From Thermoplasmatota archaeon (GTDB lineage Archaea > Thermoplasmatota > JAKEGO01), in assembly GCA_028279595.1 (NCBI GenBank), contig JANQNK010000001.1:1-64000 (forward strand): a DNA stretch of 64,000 nt, in the 5' to 3' direction. The notes below the pieces were generated by a model, which was not told the origin of the DNA, did no database searches, and saw nothing but the letters and a program-made list of their open reading frames with translations. A program made the position numbers and the translations under genes. Below, one piece after another: positions 29,811 through 38,032 of the stretch. Numbering within the stretch: position 1 is the first letter of the stretch; each line of letters begins with the position of its first letter.

Positions 29811-30055
29811 GGCATTTCGGCCGAAATTTCCCCTTTGGACGCGGGATGTAGGGGCTCCGGGTACCGCTTATAATATTGTCTTTCACTCTTTTCTGTAATG
29901 GTTCCCTTTATATACTCAAGGTGAAAGGATATAAAGGATGAGTTCTTACGACGTTGCACCGCACTCATTCGTAAGTGGGACGGACGGACAGCCTGTCTGA
30001 AGCACTACGGATCGACGACAGACGCGGACCATCGACACAGGACAAGGGAACAGGG

Positions 30056-33000
30056 ATGAAAATGAAAGCACGAACGTCATCCGGTGGCACTCCCCTGGGT
30101 GCGATCTGGAAGGAGGCGAAGAGGAACTGGAAGACCATCATGATACTGATGGTTCTGTTCCTGATCGGTCTCACCCTAAGATCGTACTACTACTACCAGG
30201 AGAGTGTTGAGAGCGAGGTCGAACTCTCTGGGAACGATCCCTATTATCACAAGAGGGTCATCGACTACGTTCAGGATGAGAAGACACACCTGGTGAGGGA
30301 CCCGCTCCTCGGGTACCCGGCCAAGCCGCACAACCCGCGGCCGCCTCTGTTCGACTGGTCCATCGCGGTCGAGGGACTCGTGTTCGGGACCTTGTTCGGC
30401 AGTCTCGGGGCGACCACACTGTTCATAACCCAGATGACGCCATCGTTCTGGGGGGCGCTCACCATCATCCCGGTATACTTCCTCACGAAGGAGTACTTCG
30501 GAAAGAAGGCCGGCCTGTGGGCGGCACTCTTCCTAACGATAATGCCCTCCCACATCGACCGTTCATCCTTCGGTTTCGCTGACCACGACTCGTTCGTACT
30601 CTTCTTCGTGGTCGTAACCTTCTTCTTCCTCGCGAAGTCGCTGAGGCATCTGAAGGCGAAACGATGGATAGACAACTTCCTCTCCCCGAGGAGCGTGGCC
30701 AAGGGCCTAAGGAGGTTCGGGAACGAGAACTTCCTCTCCCTCGGATACGCCATGATGGCGGCGTTGTCGCTCGCCACCATAGCCCTCGCCTGGAAGGGAT
30801 TCAGCTACGTTGTCGCCATAATCATGGTTTACTACCTCGCGCAGTTGATCATCAACACGTTCAAGCACGAGGACTCCACGGGGGTCGCGGCGGTCATCCT
30901 GATATTGTTGACCGTGCCGCTCCTGCTGGCCCTTCCGGCATACGGCTCGATGAACATGATCTGGTCCCAGTGGGGGCTCAGACCCGTCATCTACATCTAC
31001 GTCGGCGCATGGGCATTGACCCTGGCCTTCGTCCCGACCAGGGACGTTCCGTGGATCATCCTGCTTCCTGCACTGGCCATTGCGGCCGGCATTGTCTACA
31101 CACTGCTGAACATGTTCAATCCGGATCTCGCCGAGACGCTCATCAGCGGCGGCGGATACTTCGTCAAGACGAAGCGGTACTCGACGATCGCAGAGGCTCA
31201 GGCACCCATCCTCAGCCGGCTCATAGTCAGTTACGGACCGGTGACCTTCTTCTTCGCCCTCATCGGGATACTGTTCGCCTTCGTCCGCTTCACGCGGCAC
31301 TGGAGGACCGATGAACTGTTCATCGTGATCTGGGCGTTCGTCTCGATCTTCATGGCCATCTCGGCCGTTCGGTTCATGTTCAACGCCGCACCGGCGTTCG
31401 CCATCCTTCAAGGATGGATCGTCTTCCTGCTGTTGAAGAAGACAGACTTCCGAGCAATCTCGCGGTCACTTCAGGGATTCTCGGGCCAGTTCTGGTACGG
31501 ACTGCGCAAGGGCCTGAGGGTGCGCCACGTGGCCGTGGCGCTGTTCATGGTCTTCATGGTGGTACTGCCGAACTTCTGGCTCGCGTTCGATGCATCCCTC
31601 CCGTACGAGAAGAAACGGGAGATCGACAACCAGATATACGACTCCATGCCCGAGTTCCTCCGGCCGGAGAAGTACAACGAGCAGAACACCCTCTGGTGGA
31701 CCGGCGCCTTCGGACAGGGCTTCCCGTCCGAGTACTGGCACGAGTTCTTCGAGTGGCTCGCCCAGCAGGACAACGAGTACGAAACGGAGGAACGGCCAGC
31801 GTTCATGAGCTGGTGGGACTACGGCATGTGGTGCGTCGAGATCGGCGAACACCCCACCGTTGCCGACAACTTCATGAACGGTCACGAAATGGCCGGGAAC
31901 TTCATCGCCTCGCCCAACGAGACGAACTCGCTGTCTCTCCTCGTCGTCCGGACGCTCGAGTACGAGCTCCGGGACACGAAGGGCGAAAACGAGGCGACCG
32001 CTCTGATCAAGGAGCACCTCGGCGATGAGAACGGCAGCCTGTTCATCGATGCCATCAGGAACCCCAGGAAATACATCGACAGGATCAACGCCCATCCCGA
32101 ACTGTTCGGCAACAAGGACGGCCTCCGGGTCGGTAACGCCCGGTTCGCCATGGCCTCCCACGTCATCGAGAAGAACCTCGAGGACGAGGAGATCATCGAC
32201 TTCCTCGTCGACGCCGAGAGACTGACCGGCAACTGGATACGGTACTTCGCCGTCGATTCGAGGATGTTCCCGTTCAGCTACTACAACACCGGTATCTTCT
32301 ACGCTCCGATCACACTTTCGGACCACGCGGTCTCCGACTACCTCGACACCATGGTGCAGGTGGGCAACCAGCTCTACACACCTGAGGAGTTCGAGAGGCG
32401 CCTCGCGCTGGACCCGGACCTCGAGGCGGACGACCTCGTTCTGACCTACACGCCGGCGTTCTTCGACACCATGTTCTACAAAGCCTACATCGGTTACAGC
32501 GCCCTCGACATCGGGGGCAATCTGTCCATGGGCATCCCGGGGATCTCCGGGGAGCTCGCGGCACAGCCGCCGATGCAGGGCTGGATGATGAAGCACTACA
32601 AGCTCATCTACAAGACGACCTACTACAACCCGTACAACTCGTCCCTCCGGACGAAGCACCAGGACGACTGGGAGATCATCCACTTCGACGAGGCTGTCGA
32701 GAAGCAGGGTGACGAGAACGTGACCGGGACGGTCGATACCCAGACAGGACTGGTCCAGGGCGTCATGGTCCTCAAGTACTACCACGGTGCGAAGATATCC
32801 GGCCGTGTGACGACCGAGGGCGGCGTGGGCATCCCCGGCGCCGTCGTCACGATATACGACGAGTACGGCATCCCGCACGACCTTGCGGAGACCGACGACG
32901 AGGGCAACTACAATGTAATAGCACCCTCCGGGGAGGTCGTCCTCAGGGCGAGCAAGGGCGGCGACTTCAACCCGTTCTTCCAGACCTTCAACGATGTCCT

Positions 33001-36000
33001 CCAGGAGGAGAAGTTCAACATCACCGAGGCCCAGGCAGAGAGGCTGACCGAGGACCTCGACGGAGACGGACGGTACGACTACCTGATCGAGATGGACCTC
33101 ATCGCGAACTCCACCCACATCAACGGGACACTGTTCTGGGACGACGACGGCGACGGAGACCTCGACGACAACGAGGAGGTCATAACGGGCGCCGAGGTCG
33201 AGCTCACCGGCTCGAACATCATCTCGCTCACGACCGACGGGGAGGGCAACTTCAGCACTCCCGACGCCATCGAGACGGACTACGAGTTCGTCTTCATCCA
33301 GGACGGCAACAGGTACGAACTGGACCAGACGATATCATCGGACGGCAATCAGTCCGTCGAGGAGATGGTCCCGATCGAGGGCCTGACCGTCGAGGGGCGC
33401 GTCACGATAAACGACTCCAACGCAAGGGACGTCGAGGTAACGCTCCATGACACCGAGGCCGACATGACATACGTCACGGAAACCAACGGCAAGGGACTCT
33501 TCACGTTCGAGCGCATCCTTCCCGGAACGGACGGGAACGCGGAGTTCGAGATCACATTCGAATACGAGGGCTCCATCCCGGTCACCAGGACGTTCAACGG
33601 CCGGCTCGGCAGGAACGAGGAGGTCAACGTACAGCTGACCGGCGCCTCGGTCCTTGACGGGACGGTGACGGTGGACATGGACGGCGACGGGATATCCGAC
33701 GGCACGGTCCCGAACGCCCTGGTGGTCGCAACGGGAGACGGGACATCCTACGAGGCGATGTCCGATGCCAACGGCGACTATTCGATGGTCGTACCCGAGG
33801 GGAGCTTCATCGTATCTGCCCGCTCGGCGAACGCCGACGGACAGCTCGGCGGCGACGCCAAGGGTGAATCCCCAGGGTCGGCCAACGTCCGTATCGAACC
33901 GCTGTACTGTCTCGGCGGAACCGTCTACATCGACGGCGACGAGGACGACGAGTTCGACCAAGGGATCGATTCGGTCAGCTCGAACGCGCTGGTATCGATC
34001 ACCGGCTCATCCCAGTGGTCCGGCGTGGCCAACCAGGACGGGACCTTCACGGCCCTCCTTCCATACGGCGATTACTATGTGACCGCATCCCACGACCCGA
34101 CCGGCACCAATAGCACATACCTGAACACCAGCTGGGTCTCCCTGGACGCGTCGAGGTCCATCGACCTTCAGCTTACCCAGAGCGAGACCGTCAGCGGTTA
34201 TCTCTACTGGGACAGGAACGACAACGACCTTCCGGACGGTGACGAGTACATCGACGGTGTGCCGTTGACCTTCACTGGCGACCACGAGTTCACGACCATG
34301 ACCGGCGGAGCCCAGTTCCAATCGACCCAGCTCTTCGGGAACGGCTTCTTCTTCAACACGTTCTCGTACTCGACGGGATCCAACGGGTCCTTCGAGGCAC
34401 AGCTGATCCCGGGGAACTACACGGTCTCGATACCGAACTTCGAGGACGTCGAGCTGCCGGAGGGCGACGACATCCTCCTGGATATGACGCCTCTCGAGAC
34501 GACCTTCAGGGGCGACGTCTGGGCCGACGGGAACTTCGACACGGTCGTCGATCCATGGGAGGTCCCCTCGGCGGGCCTCGAGATCACGTTGACGAACACA
34601 CGGGACCAGAACGACGTTATCGTGACGGCCACCGGTGCGAACGGCCGCTTCATCGCATCCCTGATGCCAGGCACCTACGAGGTCAGCATCAACGGGACCG
34701 ACGGCAACGACGTCATGTTCCAGGGCGGAACATTGCTGGACATCCCATACGGCGAGGCCGAGGTCGAGACCGATATCCTGGTCTACCAGCTCTTCCACGT
34801 CATCCCCGAGTACTACATCGACGGGTCCCAGGAGGACCTCGTCTTCGGGCCCGACGACGAGTTCAGGATCGTGGCCTCGGAGGCGAGATGGAACCTGAGC
34901 GTCCCGAACGAGTTCGGCGATCCGGACTGGACCGAGGGCGGGTTCATCTTCCCCGGCGAGTACGACGTCTACATATCCCACGACGGCTACGCCTACATGG
35001 GAGACATCAACGCGACCCAGAGCCAGTCCTACCGATTCGACCTCCGGCCGGGGGTCCAGTACACGGGCGAGGTCAGGACGGTCGATCAGGGACAGACGGT
35101 CAACCGGGACGTCGGAGAACTGGCGATCTCGTTCAGGACCCAGGACGATGTATACCTCACAGAGTTCCTAACCCTGGACCCGATCGGCAACGATTACAAT
35201 TTCAGCGCATTCCTCCCGCCGGGGGACATCGACGTATCGATAGACCATACCCATCTGAACGACGTCTATCTGCTGGATGGACCGCTCACCAACGGTTCCA
35301 TCGAGATGGTCCGTCACTTCAGGATCACCGGGAAGGTCTATTACGATGAGGACCAGGACGGCAACCGCGACTCGAGGGAGGGCCTCGAGGGTGTCGAGCT
35401 GTCGTTCACAGGCGACAACACGTTCAATGTCACCACCGAGGAGAACGGGGATTACACTGTCTATCTGCCCTTCGGCACCCACGGATCGTACAACATCTCC
35501 TTACCCTCTTCCGACTACGTCGAGATCGCTCCTGACCTGGTCGCCGTGCCTGCTGGCACCACGCACATAAGGGTCCAGCCGAGGAACCTCACGGTAACCG
35601 GTACGACCTTCAATGACATCGACATGGACGGCCAGTCCGATGCTGGCGAGGCGGTCGACGCCGACAGGATAGTGTTCATACCCGATTTCGGCACGACGGT
35701 CTCCGTTACACCGTCCGGCGCGAACTACACGGTAGACCTTGCTCCAGGGCCTTACACGGTACACGCCTACTCCGACGACCATGCGGTGATCACCGAGGTG
35801 GACGTTTCCATCGGCAACGATACCGTCATCGACCTGAACATGACCGAGGCCGTCAGCGTAACAGGTACGATCTACTATGTCAACATGACAGGGGATACCA
35901 TCCTCCCGTCCACAGCGGACCTGAAGAAGGAGTTGAGCCTGGCGGGAGATGAGGGAACCATTCTCGTCCCTGTCCATACCGGCCAGTATCAGGTCGTGGT

Positions 36001-37300
36001 GCCCGTCGGCAGGTACAAGGTCAAGGCTACTGCCGAGATGGACGAGTACGGCATCACGAGCGAGTACGCGGTCAACAAGAACTACCAGTTCGAGACCGAG
36101 ATCATGAACTTCGAGCTCCCCAGGGACGACGACTATTCCGTCAGGGTCCGCTGGGACGAGGAGGCCGTAAGGACGCTGCCCGGCACGATGGTGGACTACA
36201 CGATCACCGTGCAGAACACCGGGAACATGCTCATGAACCGCGTCGACGTCACCTCGCAGAACGCACCGGACGGCTGGAACGTCACCTTCGGGAACGAGAC
36301 CTCCACGAGGGTGGACCTCGGACTGAACGAGACCGTCGAGGTCGTCGTGACCATCGCACTGCCATCGGTCACGGAATCCGGTCTCCAGGATGTCAGGATC
36401 AGGGCTGTCCCCCTCGAGGCGGCGTCGGACGACGACTCCGAGACCCTCGAGGTCAACGTGAGCGCGACATACTCGTTCAAGCTTGATGTACTTCGTCCCG
36501 AGAACGGCATTGGCCAGAACATGACCGCCATCATCGATTTCGTCGTCGTGAACCTGGGGAACGCCGAGGACACGTTCATCATCGAACCCCCTGTCGATCC
36601 GGCCGGGTTCACACTCGATATGATGAACGGGACCATGCACCCGATGATCGACACGGACGGTGACGGAGAGCTCGACACCGGCCCGATAAGGGCCTTCGAG
36701 CCCCAGCCGGTGTTCATCAACGTGACCACCGCGGCCGACGCGACCGGCAAGGTAAGCCTGCCCGTGAGGGTAACATCCGTCACATCGGGGATCACGAAGA
36801 CCGCCTATCTGTCGATCCAGGTGATAGACCCCGACATAGGGGTCAACTCGCTGGTGGCCACCGAGACGGCCATCGGCGACGACACGTTCGTCGACCTCTC
36901 CTTCAACGTCTCGAACACGGGGCTCCGCGATGTGGACAACATCGACATCGAGTTCTTCATGGACGGCGATCCGATCGGTTCACGCGACGATGTGATCTAC
37001 AACGGCGCGCCGGTCGGGAACGGGACCATCAACTCGCCGATCGGGCTGAACCTGTCGCTCTCGGTGAGCATCCAGGTGAACTCGACTGGAACGCACACCT
37101 TTGACGTTGTCGTGACACCTGCCGACGATCCCGACGCCCACATGGGCGACAACAGGGCGTCGACGGAGCTGAAGGTTGGGAAGACGGCCTCTGACGACGA
37201 GGGCGCCGACGATTCCATCGTCCAGTTCCTTGCGGTCGCGATAGTCATACTGGTCCTGCTCATCGTGTACGGGGTTTACAGGAGAAAGAGGCGCTGGTAG
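30056..37300 (+). CDS. aglB: Oligosaccharyltransferase AglB/STT3 with giant Ca-binding beta-sandwich extension and C-terminal TM
   Basis: GNDPYYH, ADHD, TIAEAQ, SWWDYG, TVADNF motifs; about 13 TM helices; long DxDxDG-containing repeats; C-terminal TM plus RRKRRW. Confidence 0.93.
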   Translation: MKMKARTSSGGTPLGAIWKEAKRNWKTIMILMVLFLIGLTLRSYYYYQESVESEVELSGNDPYYHKRVIDYVQDEKTHLVRDPLLGYPAKPHNPRPPLFDWSIAVEGLVFGTLFGSLGATTLFITQMTPSFWGALTIIPVYFLTKEYFGKKAGLWAALFLTIMPSHIDRSSFGFADHDSFVLFFVVVTFFFLAKSLRHLKAKRWIDNFLSPRSVAKGLRRFGNENFLSLGYAMMAALSLATIALAWKGFSYVVAIIMVYYLAQLIINTFKHEDSTGVAAVILILLTVPLLLALPAYGSMNMIWSQWGLRPVIYIYVGAWALTLAFVPTRDVPWIILLPALAIAAGIVYTLLNMFNPDLAETLISGGGYFVKTKRYSTIAEAQAPILSRLIVSYGPVTFFFALIGILFAFVRFTRHWRTDELFIVIWAFVSIFMAISAVRFMFNAAPAFAILQGWIVFLLLKKTDFRAISRSLQGFSGQFWYGLRKGLRVRHVAVALFMVFMVVLPNFWLAFDASLPYEKKREIDNQIYDSMPEFLRPEKYNEQNTLWWTGAFGQGFPSEYWHEFFEWLAQQDNEYETEERPAFMSWWDYGMWCVEIGEHPTVADNFMNGHEMAGNFIASPNETNSLSLLVVRTLEYELRDTKGENEATALIKEHLGDENGSLFIDAIRNPRKYIDRINAHPELFGNKDGLRVGNARFAMASHVIEKNLEDEEIIDFLVDAERLTGNWIRYFAVDSRMFPFSYYNTGIFYAPITLSDHAVSDYLDTMVQVGNQLYTPEEFERRLALDPDLEADDLVLTYTPAFFDTMFYKAYIGYSALDIGGNLSMGIPGISGELAAQPPMQGWMMKHYKLIYKTTYYNPYNSSLRTKHQDDWEIIHFDEAVEKQGDENVTGTVDTQTGLVQGVMVLKYYHGAKISGRVTTEGGVGIPGAVVTIYDEYGIPHDLAETDDEGNYNVIAPSGEVVLRASKGGDFNPFFQTFNDVLQEEKFNITEAQAERLTEDLDGDGRYDYLIEMDLIANSTHINGTLFWDDDGDGDLDDNEEVITGAEVELTGSNIISLTTDGEGNFSTPDAIETDYEFVFIQDGNRYELDQTISSDGNQSVEEMVPIEGLTVEGRVTINDSNARDVEVTLHDTEADMTYVTETNGKGLFTFERILPGTDGNAEFEITFEYEGSIPVTRTFNGRLGRNEEVNVQLTGASVLDGTVTVDMDGDGISDGTVPNALVVATGDGTSYEAMSDANGDYSMVVPEGSFIVSARSANADGQLGGDAKGESPGSANVRIEPLYCLGGTVYIDGDEDDEFDQGIDSVSSNALVSITGSSQWSGVANQDGTFTALLPYGDYYVTASHDPTGTNSTYLNTSWVSLDASRSIDLQLTQSETVSGYLYWDRNDNDLPDGDEYIDGVPLTFTGDHEFTTMTGGAQFQSTQLFGNGFFFNTFSYSTGSNGSFEAQLIPGNYTVSIPNFEDVELPEGDDILLDMTPLETTFRGDVWADGNFDTVVDPWEVPSAGLEITLTNTRDQNDVIVTATGANGRFIASLMPGTYEVSINGTDGNDVMFQGGTLLDIPYGEAEVETDILVYQLFHVIPEYYIDGSQEDLVFGPDDEFRIVASEARWNLSVPNEFGDPDWTEGGFIFPGEYDVYISHDGYAYMGDINATQSQSYRFDLRPGVQYTGEVRTVDQGQTVNRDVGELAISFRTQDDVYLTEFLTLDPIGNDYNFSAFLPPGDIDVSIDHTHLNDVYLLDGPLTNGSIEMVRHFRITGKVYYDEDQDGNRDSREGLEGVELSFTGDNTFNVTTEENGDYTVYLPFGTHGSYNISLPSSDYVEIAPDLVAVPAGTTHIRVQPRNLTVTGTTFNDIDMDGQSDAGEAVDADRIVFIPDFGTTVSVTPSGANYTVDLAPGPYTVHAYSDDHAVITEVDVSIGNDTVIDLNMTEAVSVTGTIYYVNMTGDTILPSTADLKKELSLAGDEGTILVPVHTGQYQVVVPVGRYKVKATAEMDEYGITSEYAVNKNYQFETEIMNFELPRDDDYSVRVRWDEEAVRTLPGTMVDYTITVQNTGNMLMNRVDVTSQNAPDGWNVTFGNETSTRVDLGLNETVEVVVTIALPSVTESGLQDVRIRAVPLEAASDDDSETLEVNVSATYSFKLDVLRPENGIGQNMTAIIDFVVVNLGNAEDTFIIEPPVDPAGFTLDMMNGTMHPMIDTDGDGELDTGPIRAFEPQPVFINVTTAADATGKVSLPVRVTSVTSGITKTAYLSIQVIDPDIGVNSLVATETAIGDDTFVDLSFNVSNTGLRDVDNIDIEFFMDGDPIGSRDDVIYNGAPVGNGTINSPIGLNLSLSVSIQVNSTGTHTFDVVVTPADDPDAHMGDNRASTELKVGKTASDDEGADDSIVQFLAVAIVILVLLIVYGVYRRKRRW

Positions 37301-37385
37301 GGAAAACGGTCCAGACCGCGTATTTCATATACCCAGCGCGAGCTGGGCCATTTCGATATCTGTAGTTCGGGGACGGGATCCGAGT

Positions 37386-37985
37386 TCAGTCCTCATCGTG
37401 CTCGTCGAACGTATAGAGCGGGTGATGCCGTTTCCGTCCGGTCTTGATCATCTCGAGAAGGTCCTTGAACCTGGGATCGCCTGCATCCCTCATCATCTCG
37501 TAGATCAGCGACTGCGACGTCGTCACGACCGCCCCCAGCTGACCAAGCCGATCCAGGGCGCGCCTGTGGTCCTCGGGGTCCATCGAGCCCACTGCGTCAG
37601 CGACGACGTAGACCCTCATACCCCGATCGAGGGCTTCGATCGCCGTCTGCAGGATGCATATATGCGTCTCGATCCCTATGAGGACCACCGTGTTGCGGCC
37701 CAGGTGGACCGCCTTGTCGGCGAAACTCCTGCAGGCGAACGCGTTGAATACCTTCTTCTCGTCGGGGTTATATCTCGGCAACGCCGACTCGACCTGGGCT
37801 ATCGTGGAGCCTAGACCTGCAGGGTTCTGCTCCGTGACCAGTATCGGCATGTTGAATATCTTAACGCCGTTGATCGTGAACAGGACCTTGTCGAGGACGA
37901 CATCGTGCTCGGCCACCCTCGGGAAGAGCTTCTCCTGGATATCGACGACTAGAAGGAACGTGTCATTGACGTCTATCAGAGGCAT
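37386..37985 (-). CDS. Isochorismatase-family cysteine hydrolase (YcaC/ISOC-like)
   Basis: LLVVDIQEKL, TEQNPAGLG, GIETHICILQT. Confidence 0.9.
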   Translation of the reverse strand: MPLIDVNDTFLLVVDIQEKLFPRVAEHDVVLDKVLFTINGVKIFNMPILVTEQNPAGLGSTIAQVESALPRYNPDEKKVFNAFACRSFADKAVHLGRNTVVLIGIETHICILQTAIEALDRGMRVYVVADAVGSMDPEDHRRALDRLGQLGAVVTTSQSLIYEMMRDAGDPRFKDLLEMIKTGRKRHHPLYTFDEHDED

Positions 37986-38032
37986 GCACCCTCCATGCTG
38001 GAGGGCGGTAAAAACGTTTGTGCCATTGGACC

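Noticed and set aside
37332-37347. CCCAGC-GCGA-GCTGGG GNRA hairpin between convergent genes
   Set aside because: A single short hairpin, probably a terminator or stabiliser; no evidence for an ncRNA.
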